From a virus (lineage: Duplodnaviria; Caudoviricetes): a stretch of 64,000 bases of DNA. The notes beneath the pieces were generated by a model. It saw only the letters and a list, made by a program, of their open reading frames with translations. It was not told where the DNA came from and ran no database searches. The stretch spans positions 12,368-76,367 of the IMG/VR virus record IMGVR_UViG_3300046786_000128, one strand, 5' to 3'. Of this stretch, positions 30,083 through 39,854 are shown piece by piece (positions within the stretch are counted from its first letter, which is position 1; the number at the start of each line of letters is the position of its first letter). The position numbers and the translations under genes are program-made.

Positions 30083-31179
30083 TATACGATATTTTTTATA
30101 TTAGCGACGGTAGTATTGATAACGAAAAATGGAATACGTTTCGTAGCAGATTTCCTTTAGCAAGAAAGCTAGAAAACGTAACTTCCTACGCTGCTGTTAA
30201 ATCAAAAGCATTTACTAAATTTTTCTGGGTCGTTTGGGATGATTTAGAAATTGCAGATGATTTTAAATTTGAATATCGTATTCCCGAATGGGATGAACAA
30301 TACATTCATGTTTTTAAAAATGGATCTCATCATAACGGTGTTTGTTTGTTTTCTAAAGATGCAAATGTTTCTGATAGAGAATTTAAAAATAGATTCTTTG
30401 TTAATAAAAAAGAAATGGATGTCGTTGCCAGTAACTATACTACAACGGAATATGATATTATTTTTATATCGTATCAAGAACCTAACGCTGACGAATTATA
30501 CAAAAATTTAAAAGAAAGATTTCCTAGAGCAAAGCGTGTACACGGAGTTAAAGGAATTCATCAAGCTCACATCGAAGCAGCAAAATTATCAACAACTGAT
30601 ATGTTTTGGGTAGTAGACGGTGATGCTATAATTGAACCAACATTTAATTTTGAATTTAACGATGCTGAAAAGTTTACAGTATATATTTGGTCCAGTAAAA
30701 ATCCAATTAATCTATTAAAATACGGTTATGGTGGAGTAAAATTATTGCCAAAGAAATTAACACTTTCTATGGATACAACTACCGCAGATATGACTACTTC
30801 GATTAGTACAAAACTACGAGTAATGAAACAAGTTAGTAACATTACGGCTTTTAATGTAGATGAGTTTAGTACATGGCGAAGTGCATTTAGAGAGTGTGTA
30901 AAATTATCGAGTAAAGTTATTGATAGAAATTATGATCAAGAAACTGAAACTAGATTAAAGATTTGGTGTGCAGTCGGAAAAGAGAAACCATTTGGTGAAT
31001 ATTCGATCGGCGGAGCATTAGCAGGTTATAGATACGGTACATCTAACGTTGATAATAATGAAGCACTGGCAAAAATTAATGACTTTGATTGGTTGAAAAC
31101 AGAATACGAAGCATGGCTACCTTTATTAGATGCCTATAGAAAGGCAAATGACCGATACAAAAAAGATGACAGCAAATAA
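30079..31179 (+). CDS. Putative GT2-like glycosyltransferase with a duplicated N-terminal module
   Basis: YDIIFISYQEP...VHGVKGIHQAHIEAA...FWVVDGD and GYGGVK; a degenerate copy (YDIFYIS...FWVVWDD) lies at the N-terminus. Confidence 0.7.
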   Translation: MIYDIFYISDGSIDNEKWNTFRSRFPLARKLENVTSYAAVKSKAFTKFFWVVWDDLEIADDFKFEYRIPEWDEQYIHVFKNGSHHNGVCLFSKDANVSDREFKNRFFVNKKEMDVVASNYTTTEYDIIFISYQEPNADELYKNLKERFPRAKRVHGVKGIHQAHIEAAKLSTTDMFWVVDGDAIIEPTFNFEFNDAEKFTVYIWSSKNPINLLKYGYGGVKLLPKKLTLSMDTTTADMTTSISTKLRVMKQVSNITAFNVDEFSTWRSAFRECVKLSSKVIDRNYDQETETRLKIWCAVGKEKPFGEYSIGGALAGYRYGTSNVDNNEALAKINDFDWLKTEYEAWLPLLDAYRKANDRYKKDDSK

Positions 31180-32587
31180 TCAAAAAGGCGATGAGATAAA
31201 AGTTGTTGATGGTAAAATTCAATCAGTTTATCTGGATAGTGCTGAGCGTGTCCTAAAAGAGTTAAATGCTGTTAGTCCGAGTTTTTGTTTAGCAAAATGG
31301 TTTAATGTAAGCATTCATATCCCTACAGGGCAGACACATAGTTGCTATCATCCAAGGAGTCATCATATTCCAATGGAGGAAGTGGTTATCGATGTTAGTG
31401 CATTGCATAATACCAAATACAAGAAAGAACAACGCAAACTAATGTTAGAAGGACAGCGTCCGGAGGAATGTAGTTTTTGTTGGGAAATAGAAGACAGCGG
31501 AAATAACATCAGCGATCGAGCATATAGAAGTCAAGACGTTTATAATCCGTGGTTAATTGCAGAAGCAAAGCGATTAGGACATACAGGCAATGCTCGTCCT
31601 AGATATTTAGAAGTTAATTTTAATCAAGCCTGCAATTTTAAATGTACCTATTGTAGTCCGCATCTAAGCACAGCATGGCAACAAGATATTGAAAGAAACG
31701 GGCCTTTTAAATTAAGTACCAAGGAACATAACAACATCACTTGGATGAAAAATTCAAACATGATGCCTAATAATAGTCCAGACAATCCGTATCTAATTGC
31801 GTTTTGGAAATGGTTCCCAACAGTGTATCATGCACTAGAAACATTTCGAATGACTGGCGGTGAACCTCTAATGGATAAAAATACCTTTAAGGTATTTGAT
31901 TATGTAAAAGAAAATCCTAAAGAAGATTTACATTTAAGCATTACCAGCAACTGTTGTCCTCCTGGGGATCAATGGGCAAAATTTTTATCTAGTCTAAAAG
32001 AAATTACTGATGCAGATGCAATCGAACACTTCATGTTATTTTGTAGTTTAGACAGTTGGGGCAAACATGCAGAATATATTCGTCCGGGGTTAGACTTTGA
32101 CATTTTGTATAAGAATGTAACTGAATATCTAGCCACTAGCAGTAAACATAGTTTAACTTTTATTATTACATTTAACGCATTGAGCTATTCTAGATTTTTA
32201 GAGTACCTGCAAAATATTTTATTGTTAAGACAAACTTATAATACTGACAGACAATTAATATGGTTTGATGTTCCTCAGCTAACAAGTCCTGCCTGGATGG
32301 ATCCTAGATTAGCAATGCATCTAACTTATATTTTAGAAGATGCAATTAAATTCATGACTGAAAATCACGAAACAGCAGAAACTAGATTCAAAGGATTTAA
32401 AGACTTTGAAATCAGTAAAGTTCAACGATTGCTAGATTGGATTAAATCGACTCCTTTCAATAAAGAAATAGCCATGAAAGATTTTTATCTTTATTGGAAA
32501 GAACACGATAATCGCAGAGAAACAAATTTTGTAAATATGTTTCCGGAACTAGAAAATTTATATAACGAGAGTAAAAATGGATCATAG
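31148..32587 (+). CDS. Radical SAM protein with N-terminal auxiliary Cys cluster (start uncertain, 31130-31166)
   Basis: CNFKCTYC (CxxxCxxC), TGGEPL, and N-terminal C..KW...SCYHP...CSFCW. Confidence 0.9.
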   Translation: MTDTKKMTANNQKGDEIKVVDGKIQSVYLDSAERVLKELNAVSPSFCLAKWFNVSIHIPTGQTHSCYHPRSHHIPMEEVVIDVSALHNTKYKKEQRKLMLEGQRPEECSFCWEIEDSGNNISDRAYRSQDVYNPWLIAEAKRLGHTGNARPRYLEVNFNQACNFKCTYCSPHLSTAWQQDIERNGPFKLSTKEHNNITWMKNSNMMPNNSPDNPYLIAFWKWFPTVYHALETFRMTGGEPLMDKNTFKVFDYVKENPKEDLHLSITSNCCPPGDQWAKFLSSLKEITDADAIEHFMLFCSLDSWGKHAEYIRPGLDFDILYKNVTEYLATSSKHSLTFIITFNALSYSRFLEYLQNILLLRQTYNTDRQLIWFDVPQLTSPAWMDPRLAMHLTYILEDAIKFMTENHETAETRFKGFKDFEISKVQRLLDWIKSTPFNKEIAMKDFYLYWKEHDNRRETNFVNMFPELENLYNESKNGS

Positions 32588-33932
32588 AGTACAATTTGTT
32601 AAGAGTGTTAGAGATAGACTAAATGCAGTAAGCCCTAGTTACTGCACAATGAAATGGCTACATCAGACACTGTATTTGCATACAGGCGACAATCATAGTT
32701 GTTACCATCCACGTCCACATCACATTGGATTAGATGAAATTGCAGCAGATCCTAGTGCATTACATAACACAAAGTGGAAGAAAGAGCAACGCAAAAAAAT
32801 GCTTGAAGGCGAACGTCCTCAAGAATGTTACTATTGCTGGAACATTGAAGACTTGCCAGGGGATCATATTAGTGATAGAATGATTCATAGCTCTAGTAAT
32901 TTTTCAACTCCTCTAATTGAAAAGCTAGCAGAATTACCTTGGGATGCTCCGATCAATCCAAAGTATTTAGAAGTTAGTTTTGGAAATGCTTGTAATTATA
33001 GATGTGGATACTGTTGCCCGCAAGCAAGTACTATGTGGACTGAAGAAATCAAAAAACACGGTAATTATGATTTAACTTACAATCAGTATGGCATTGAGTT
33101 TATGAGCAATGGTACATACTATGGACCTAAGGATGAGAATCCATACATTGAGGCATTTTGGAAATGGTGGCCTAGTTTAAAGAATGACTTAGATACCTTG
33201 CGTATAACTGGCGGCGAGCCCCTAATGAATCCAGGCGCTATGCAGTTTTTTGACTTGTTGGAGTCCGAGCCCAGCCCACATCTAGAAATCACATTAAATA
33301 GCAATCTAGGAGTTACGTTTGATCGTGTAGATAGAATGCTTGCTCGCATTCAAAGTTTATTAGATCAAAAGAAGATTCGTAAGTTTAGTTTTTTCACTAG
33401 CATTGATAGCTGGGGAGAACAAGCAGAATATATGCGTACCGGATTAAAGTGCGACCATTGGGAACGTAATGTTAAGGCAGTTATTGCTACAGGTGCTACT
33501 GTAAATTTAATGTGTACGTTCAATGTTCTTTGTGTAACAAACTTCCAAAGTTTACTTCATAAAGTAATTGAATGGAGAAAAGAATTCGGTATGACTGCGG
33601 TATCGTTTGATACTCCGTACTTAAAAGAACCACCGCATTGGATGATTAATATTCTAACAGATGATTTTATTCCTTACATGGATGACACATTGAAATTTAT
33701 TCAAGATAATAAAGAATGGTTTACTGGTGTAGAATATGAAAAGTTTTTACGTGTAACTAATTACATGAAAGAACATACTATTGATGAAAAGAAAATTCAA
33801 CAAGGGCGCAGAGATTTCTACAGTTTCTTCACAGAAAATGATAAACGCCTCGGAACAGATTTATTAAAAACATTTCCGGAATACACTGACTTTTATAATC
33901 TGTGTAAAGAAGTATATGACAACTACAAATAA
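32577..33932 (+). CDS. Radical SAM protein, paralog of the upstream gene
   Basis: CNYRCGYC, TGGEPL, and N-terminal C..KW...SCYHP...CYYCW. Confidence 0.9.
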   Translation: MDHRVQFVKSVRDRLNAVSPSYCTMKWLHQTLYLHTGDNHSCYHPRPHHIGLDEIAADPSALHNTKWKKEQRKKMLEGERPQECYYCWNIEDLPGDHISDRMIHSSSNFSTPLIEKLAELPWDAPINPKYLEVSFGNACNYRCGYCCPQASTMWTEEIKKHGNYDLTYNQYGIEFMSNGTYYGPKDENPYIEAFWKWWPSLKNDLDTLRITGGEPLMNPGAMQFFDLLESEPSPHLEITLNSNLGVTFDRVDRMLARIQSLLDQKKIRKFSFFTSIDSWGEQAEYMRTGLKCDHWERNVKAVIATGATVNLMCTFNVLCVTNFQSLLHKVIEWRKEFGMTAVSFDTPYLKEPPHWMINILTDDFIPYMDDTLKFIQDNKEWFTGVEYEKFLRVTNYMKEHTIDEKKIQQGRRDFYSFFTENDKRLGTDLLKTFPEYTDFYNLCKEVYDNYK

Positions 33933-34764
33933 GATAATAATTTGCAGCGGAGACAGCTATACAGCCGGTGACGAATTGCACGGCGATTCTATCGTACCTG
34001 GGTATACCTCTAATTTATTTCCGTTAAAGCACGATGATCAAGAGCTAAGGAGACAAGCACAAGTTCTTCGAGATAAAATTAAAAAAGCAGAATCGGAATT
34101 AGAAAAAAACGATTTTAATGAATATTGGACTCGAAGTAAAGAAAGAGCTTGGCCTGCCTATTTAGAAAAATTAACAGGAATCGAAGTTAGGAATGTTTCT
34201 TGGAGAGGAATTAGTAATCAAGAGATTGTACATAGGGCAATAGAACAAGTCCATCGTCTTAAAGAAAAAGGTATTTCTCCTAGCAATATGACGGTGTTTA
34301 TGATGCTTACATCTCCTAACAGATTCGGTGCTCCTCAGCACGACCCTAATTACGGTGGAGAATTTGAATTTCAATCCTTTATGCCAGGATTTGATTTTAA
34401 GCCTCCTAAAATAAAAGAGTTTTGTGAAAGAATAGTTAAAGATTATGACGATTATGATTTGCTATGGTTTAGTTATTCAAATATAGTTGCAGCAAAACAT
34501 TACTTAGAATTTTTAGGAGCCAAGGTATACATTTTAGATTGTTGCCTATGGGGATGGTTTTTAAGACAATATGCCAATGAGTCTAAACCAATTAGACATA
34601 TTTCCTTATCTAAATCATTAAAGATAGATTGGGAAATGTCAGCAACTGCATTTAAATTTGAAAAGCAAGGAGCAGCAAATCTACCAGGTGGACATTATAA
34701 TGAAGTTGTTCATCAGTATCTTGCAAACGAAATTTATGAAGCCCTCTATAGAATACCTACTTAA
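33916..34764 (+). CDS. SGNH/GDSL-like hydrolase or acyltransferase
   Basis: CSGDSYTAG nucleophile block, GISN block and a C-terminal GGHY. Confidence 0.6.
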   Translation: MTTTNKIIICSGDSYTAGDELHGDSIVPGYTSNLFPLKHDDQELRRQAQVLRDKIKKAESELEKNDFNEYWTRSKERAWPAYLEKLTGIEVRNVSWRGISNQEIVHRAIEQVHRLKEKGISPSNMTVFMMLTSPNRFGAPQHDPNYGGEFEFQSFMPGFDFKPPKIKEFCERIVKDYDDYDLLWFSYSNIVAAKHYLEFLGAKVYILDCCLWGWFLRQYANESKPIRHISLSKSLKIDWEMSATAFKFEKQGAANLPGGHYNEVVHQYLANEIYEALYRIPT

Positions 34765-35506
34765 CAGTCTAAATGGCACACAGAAGGATTTAGTTTCTCT
34801 ATTCACCAAATTTAAATCTTCTGATGAAAATTTATATCTAGGATTAGTAGATCCTGTTCATTTACATTTTACTAGAATAGAAAAATTATCTAAAGATATA
34901 GAAAATTATTTCAGTAAAGAATTTGATGTAGAAAACCATACAAAGCCGTATTCTTTTGATTTTAGAAACTTTGTTAAGCTATGTTGGTTAACGGATGTTT
35001 ATCTAACTGAAGGAATAAGAAATCCTTTAGGTGTGCATTATAATCCTAGGATCGATAAAAATGTAATACATCCAGGAAGTATACGGGAATCGGTGTATAA
35101 TCTTTTTCATACAGGACCGATTAATGTAATTTATTTTAATACCAATGGAGTACAATTTCCTTGGATGGAAGAAATGCAGATAGTAGAGTTGTCAGAGATA
35201 GATTGTTATGTTTCTATTGTTCCGGATCACGGAAGTTTAATACCACATTTAAATTATGAGCCTCACTTAATAGAAGACAACGTTCCTGTATATCATAATC
35301 GTATTAGACAACGATTTTCAAAAGACTTTACAATAAGATCAAATGTTAGTATTAACGCATTGCAGAGGTGGGAAACGTCTTTAACACCAACTGTTGAACT
35401 TACTTTTAAAGACAACTATGATATTAAAGACGTTGTGCGGGCTGTGATTTTAGTATCTCTAGGATATGAATATTCTTCGGATAACTTTAAAATTAAACAC
35501 TTATAA
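34736..35506 (+). CDS. Hypothetical protein (probable start 34736)
   Basis: Last plus-strand ORF; its stop abuts the stop of the convergent gene (TTATAA at 35501-35506). Confidence 0.55.
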   Translation: MKPSIEYLLNSLNGTQKDLVSLFTKFKSSDENLYLGLVDPVHLHFTRIEKLSKDIENYFSKEFDVENHTKPYSFDFRNFVKLCWLTDVYLTEGIRNPLGVHYNPRIDKNVIHPGSIRESVYNLFHTGPINVIYFNTNGVQFPWMEEMQIVELSEIDCYVSIVPDHGSLIPHLNYEPHLIEDNVPVYHNRIRQRFSKDFTIRSNVSINALQRWETSLTPTVELTFKDNYDIKDVVRAVILVSLGYEYSSDNFKIKHL

Positions 35507-35806
35507 GAGATTTTTTGTCTCGTTGCCTATGTCGCCTTTTAAGCGATCTACGTCAATTTTAAAATCTATCTTTTTAATTTCTTCTTTATATTCTTGAAAT
35601 GTTTCGATTAGTTTATTTGCAACTATATCACTATGACTGTGTGCTAGTTGCTCTTTAACATCGATTTCCCAAATCCTACCATTGCCAAATTCTAACCTAA
35701 TCATTTCTAGGTAATGAACTGGCATGGTATTCATATAAAGATCCTCAAAGACTTCAGGCCATTCTTGCACAAGGTGTTTAGGTGGTCTGAATAAAGGTTT
35801 AGGCAT
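35501..35806 (-). CDS. Hypothetical phage protein
   Basis: Part of the contiguous minus-strand gene train; overlaps its neighbour. Confidence 0.65.
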   Translation of the reverse strand: MPKPLFRPPKHLVQEWPEVFEDLYMNTMPVHYLEMIRLEFGNGRIWEIDVKEQLAHSHSDIVANKLIETFQEYKEEIKKIDFKIDVDRLKGDIGNETKNLL

Positions 35807-36449
35807 CTGATGTTTCTTCAGCCTTCTTTGTGGTTTTCTTTGTAGGAGGATCTAGTGCATCTGCTTCTTTACGTAATCTAGCTGCTTCTTTATACATTGA
35901 ATCAGCTTGACTTCGATAGGATTTAGCAATGTCTTTATCCGACAATACTTCATTTGCTCCTGCCTTTAGTGGAGGTTCTTGTCTGCGAGGTTCGCCTACA
36001 TCTCTACCTAAATCTTTTACTTCAACAACTTCTTGAATTGTTGCTTTCTTTGGAGCACCTGCTACAAATGTATACAAGTCATCAATTGCACAATTTTTTT
36101 GTTCTGCAATCAAAACATTTAATTGATGTAGATCAATTTCAGTGCCTGGAGCAGGAGTCATAACAACTGCGTCAGTTGGTAATTTTAATAATGAGTTATC
36201 AGCAGTCAACGCCTGTAGCATAGGACGGCCATCCGGGAAAGTACGAGTAAACATAATTTCACCAAACTCGAAAGAATCTTGCGCTTGATCAATCTCGACT
36301 AACTTCATAATACTATCGTGATACGAGTCAGATAATTGCGTAACTGGCAATACAAGACTCATATGTGATTCGCCTGGTAGTGTTCTAAAGACAACAAGAA
36401 CCTTTGCTCCTGATGCTTTAATCTTACCGATGTGTTTAATAGATCGCAT
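35799..36449 (-). CDS. Hypothetical phage protein
   Basis: AGGAGG SD upstream; contiguous with its neighbours. Confidence 0.7.
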   Translation of the reverse strand: MRSIKHIGKIKASGAKVLVVFRTLPGESHMSLVLPVTQLSDSYHDSIMKLVEIDQAQDSFEFGEIMFTRTFPDGRPMLQALTADNSLLKLPTDAVVMTPAPGTEIDLHQLNVLIAEQKNCAIDDLYTFVAGAPKKATIQEVVEVKDLGRDVGEPRRQEPPLKAGANEVLSDKDIAKSYRSQADSMYKEAARLRKEADALDPPTKKTTKKAEETSDA

Positions 36450-36451
36450 AA

Positions 36452-36670
36452 TTATGCCTCCTTTTTAGATACAGAATCTAGAAAGTTACTTAACTTGTTA
36501 AACACCTTTCCGACAGATTCTAATTCTGCTGCTTTAAATGCACCACGTTGAGTTGCTACTTCAATAATACTTTTTAGTGCTGCTAAATCTGTAAGGTTCA
36601 AATCTGGACCTTGTGGCTGTGCTGCCTGCGGTTGCTCAGTCGGTGCTTCTGTTTTGACTTCGTCTGTCAT
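36452..36670 (-). CDS. Small hypothetical protein
   Basis: AAGGAGA SD; TAATG overlap. Confidence 0.65.
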   Translation of the reverse strand: MTDEVKTEAPTEQPQAAQPQGPDLNLTDLAALKSIIEVATQRGAFKAAELESVGKVFNKLSNFLDSVSKKEA

Positions 36671-36942
36671 TATTTTCTCCTTAAATGTGGACAGGCTAAC
36701 ATAAAATATGTCAGCTCTTTATGATCTTCGAATCCAACATACGACGATGATTTTACACGACCATCGGTACCAATGCTTGGAATTTTTTGGTAGTAAAATC
36801 TACCCTTGAGTTTGTTTCTAATCCAGTCCTCAATAGAACTGTCTTGCCATTCATTGTCCGAGACTTTCATCTTAGAGAATTGAGGTGGCATAAAATCAAC
36901 TTTACGTTGATTCAAAACGTCCAGAGCGTTAAGTTCTATCAT
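36670..36942 (-). CDS. Hypothetical phage protein
   Basis: Preceded by a late-like TTAAATA at 36950-36956. Confidence 0.65.
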   Translation of the reverse strand: MIELNALDVLNQRKVDFMPPQFSKMKVSDNEWQDSSIEDWIRNKLKGRFYYQKIPSIGTDGRVKSSSYVGFEDHKELTYFMLACPHLRRK

Positions 36943-36977
36943 AGTATGATATTTAATATAGAGAGTTAAAGAAAATG

Positions 36978-37361
36978 TTAATCCTGGCTAAGACGTTTGT
37001 TCATAGCTTTAGCCATGCCCATCTTTCGAATGTCGCCTGAGAAAAGATACAGTTCAAATGCTGATTTTTCTGACATTACTTTGATGTAATTCTTTCCAAG
37101 ATAAAATGGTGAGTTGATGAAGTGATCTAACCAAACTAAAATTTGTGGAGTTATTTTAGTTTCTTTTGGAAGATCGATTTTATATGTTTTAATATCAGCA
37201 TGTTTTTCAACGAATTCAATTCCTTGATCTGTTAAACGCAAACCACTAATATTACTTTCTCTTAGATTATACCACCAAACCGATTTATATTTTTCAAAAT
37301 CGCTTTCTGGTAATCCTGCTGCTTTGAGGAATACCTCTGAATAGGTATTCTTGATATTCAT
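36978..37361 (-). CDS. Hypothetical phage protein
   Basis: Contiguous ORF in the gene train. Confidence 0.65.
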   Translation of the reverse strand: MNIKNTYSEVFLKAAGLPESDFEKYKSVWWYNLRESNISGLRLTDQGIEFVEKHADIKTYKIDLPKETKITPQILVWLDHFINSPFYLGKNYIKVMSEKSAFELYLFSGDIRKMGMAKAMNKRLSQD

Positions 37362-37362
37362 G

Positions 37363-37647
37363 TTAACTTATTTGTTCGCCTTGTGTCAATTTAAATACAG
37401 CGAAATCGGTTGTCTTGAATAATTTGTTTAGTTTTTTAGCAAGATTATGTGCATGTCCTGGATTTGAAAAACTTACTTTTTTATACTTAGGACCTGGATA
37501 ACTAGCCAATAGACTACCGCTTTTTAAATTGAAAGGTTGACCTTTATAGAACACCGCCCAGATGGCTTCGCTTTCTAAGATTTGTTCAATCTTATACGAA
37601 TCTTTATTGGCATGTTCTAATATCACTTTGGGTTTTGGTCTACTCAT
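37363..37647 (-). CDS. Hypothetical phage protein
   Basis: Preceded by a late promoter and a 10-bp hairpin. Confidence 0.7.
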   Translation of the reverse strand: MSRPKPKVILEHANKDSYKIEQILESEAIWAVFYKGQPFNLKSGSLLASYPGPKYKKVSFSNPGHAHNLAKKLNKLFKTTDFAVFKLTQGEQIS

Positions 37648-37648
37648 T

Positions 37649-37684
37649 TATATACGTGTCCTAATTAACCACGTATATATTTAT
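37649..37684 (-). promoter_or_regulatory. Late promoter ATAAATA (37678-37684) with a 10-bp perfect leader hairpin
   Basis: Minus strand reads ATAAA[TATATACGTG]gttaattagga[CACGTATATA]aATG. Confidence 0.65.
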
Positions 37685-37689
37685 CTCTA

Positions 37690-37935
37690 TTAGAACGTTC
37701 CGCCGTCGAACTTAACATCGATTTTGTTAGATGATTCGCGTATTTCGGATAACATTGTATGTATTTCTTGTACAGTTCTACCCAATTTACTTGTTAAAAC
37801 ACTCAATTCAGCAGTTAAATCTCGAGCTTCTTGAATGGTAATCCTAATCTCTTTTTGTTGGCTACGTTCAGCCACTGCAACTCTGTTAATTAGTTTTTCA
37901 ACGCTTGGTAATGTTGTTATATCATTTGCTGACAT
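37690..37935 (-). CDS. Hypothetical coiled-coil protein
   Basis: Contiguous ORF with heptad pattern. Confidence 0.6.
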   Translation of the reverse strand: MSANDITTLPSVEKLINRVAVAERSQQKEIRITIQEARDLTAELSVLTSKLGRTVQEIHTMLSEIRESSNKIDVKFDGGTF

Positions 37936-38398
37936 TTGATAGCACCTGTTTCATTTCAAGTTCCGTTTTAAACGGACCTTTGTATTCGTATCGCTGTAGT
38001 GTTATTAGTTTAGGACAATGCGATTTAACCCAACCTTTGTCGAATTTAATAACATAGTAACCAGCACAATATAAACTTTTACTGTCACTGCTTTTAGTAA
38101 AAAGAGGAAGTTTGCGTTTGATATCAAACATTGCATTAAATGGAACAGTGGAAGTTGTGTATCCATGTACTTCGTTTGGTAATGAGTCTGTTGCCTCTTT
38201 AATAATTTTAGCAACAAAGAAGTCTTTACCGAATTGTTTAGTTAGACTTTCTTTATTGTCATAAATTTTAATACCCAATTCATTACTCATAACAAAACGA
38301 TTGTCTTCGTTCTTTCTTAGAGTAGCAAATTTTTCTCCATCCTTCTCAACAATCCAGAATTTATCTTTGATGATTGGTTTAGCATGAATCTCAGTCAT
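37922..38398 (-). CDS. Hypothetical phage protein
   Basis: TAATG overlap with the RNase H gene. Confidence 0.7.
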   Translation of the reverse strand: MTEIHAKPIIKDKFWIVEKDGEKFATLRKNEDNRFVMSNELGIKIYDNKESLTKQFGKDFFVAKIIKEATDSLPNEVHGYTTSTVPFNAMFDIKRKLPLFTKSSDSKSLYCAGYYVIKFDKGWVKSHCPKLITLQRYEYKGPFKTELEMKQVLSNVSK

Positions 38399-39381
38399 TA
38401 TATGTACCTCGCATTAAGTGGCTCTGCATAGGCCTGTGCCTGCTCTGCAATCTTTTTAAGATCATACAATCCGCAGAATTTCATCAGTCTAAGTCCTACC
38501 TGACTAATGTTTTTATTTGCACCTGTTGCTTCTGCAATAGTTGTAGCAATAATTTCTTTAATGTCATCCGGTTGATGTGCTAGATCGATTAGTCTTCGAT
38601 TGCGTTCGTAATCTTCCATCACGCGATGTTCGATACCGTTATGGTCCGTCCAACGTTGCAACATCAAATTATTCCAGTTGAAGCCTTTTGTTTTACGATC
38701 TTCGTAGGCTTCAGTTAATCCAACTTTTTTACTTGTACCTTTAGTACGTACACCAGGATAAGCACTGAAGACATTATCGCTAGTATCACCGCGCATACAT
38801 TTTTCAAACAATAGCCATTCTGGATCAGGTGGTATCTTAGGCAACTGTGTTTTCTTATCGATTACATATTTGCCTTTAACATCAAAATAACCTTCGTGTG
38901 TAATTGTTGTTTCACTAACACCGTTGTACTGTTTAACATTAGGAGCAATCAATTGTACAAAATCTGTATCTGTACTAATAATAACGTGGTGATCGTTAGG
39001 ATGGCTCTGAATAAATCCTGCAATTAAATCGTCTGCTTCTAGTTGCGGATGCTGTAATACTGTACAGTTAGTTTTTTCAGTAATGAAGTCTTTAAAGGTA
39101 TCAAATGCTTCCCAAAAGACTTTTTCTTCTTCTGCTTCTTTTTCTGTGTGAGCAGCACGGGCTTCTGCTCGTTGAGCTTTATAAGGCTTGTAATAGTCTT
39201 TGCGCCAGCTACGACCTTCTAGGCAAAATACAACGTGTGTACCTCCAAAGTCTTGCCATGCCTTTTTAATACTGTTTAAAGTAATATGGAATGCCATGCC
39301 AAGTTTAATGTCGGCATCACCGTTGATGACGTGTCTAGCACGAAAGAATGTATTTGCTGTATCTACTAAAATATATGTCAT
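38398..39381 (-). CDS. rnh: 5'-3' exonuclease / T4 RNase H-like (FEN family)
   Basis: ILVDTAN, EADDLIA, ISTDTDFVQL and GDTSDNV acidic motifs. Confidence 0.9.
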   Translation of the reverse strand: MTYILVDTANTFFRARHVINGDADIKLGMAFHITLNSIKKAWQDFGGTHVVFCLEGRSWRKDYYKPYKAQRAEARAAHTEKEAEEEKVFWEAFDTFKDFITEKTNCTVLQHPQLEADDLIAGFIQSHPNDHHVIISTDTDFVQLIAPNVKQYNGVSETTITHEGYFDVKGKYVIDKKTQLPKIPPDPEWLLFEKCMRGDTSDNVFSAYPGVRTKGTSKKVGLTEAYEDRKTKGFNWNNLMLQRWTDHNGIEHRVMEDYERNRRLIDLAHQPDDIKEIIATTIAEATGANKNISQVGLRLMKFCGLYDLKKIAEQAQAYAEPLNARYI

Positions 39382-39854
39382 TTATTGTTCTTCACTACGG
39401 ATTGAATATCTAGAGATCCTGTTTCTACAGGACCACCGTAATCACCGTCAACTACTACGTTAGCACATAGTTCTCGAAACCAACGATCAACAATTTCTTC
39501 GTCCTTGTCACCGTCAACTCCGTAACCTTCTTGTTTCAATTTTAACACAAAATGGTCGTTCCAGTCAAGTTCGAAAAATCCGTTGCGAACATTTTCTTTG
39601 TTTACATGAGTATTAAGAACTCCTACCCAAGGTTCCTTTTTGCGTGTTGCACGATCCTTGGGACTTAGTTTTGAAAGTTCTTCGGCTTCTTTTGCTTTTT
39701 CGGCTTCTTGTCTAGCACGTTCTGCTTCTCGTTGATGAGCTGCTGTCTCTTCTACAGCCTGCATTAACTTAGACTCGGCATCGGCAATTGTTGCTTCTAG
39801 CTTATCTACACCAGTAATCTTTTTAAAGAATTTTCCTAACATTAGGTACCCCAC
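39378..39854 (-). CDS. Hypothetical phage protein with coiled coil
   Basis: ATGA overlap with rnh; start uncertain (39854 or 39842). Confidence 0.65.
   Translation of the reverse strand: MGYLMLGKFFKKITGVDKLEATIADAESKLMQAVEETAAHQREAERARQEAEKAKEAEELSKLSPKDRATRKKEPWVGVLNTHVNKENVRNGFFELDWNDHFVLKLKQEGYGVDGDKDEEIVDRWFRELCANVVVDGDYGGPVETGSLDIQSVVKNNK

Noticed and set aside
35501-35506. Origin or terminator at the strand-convergence point
   Set aside because: Only abutting stop codons (TTATAA) are present, with no hairpin, iterons or non-coding space.
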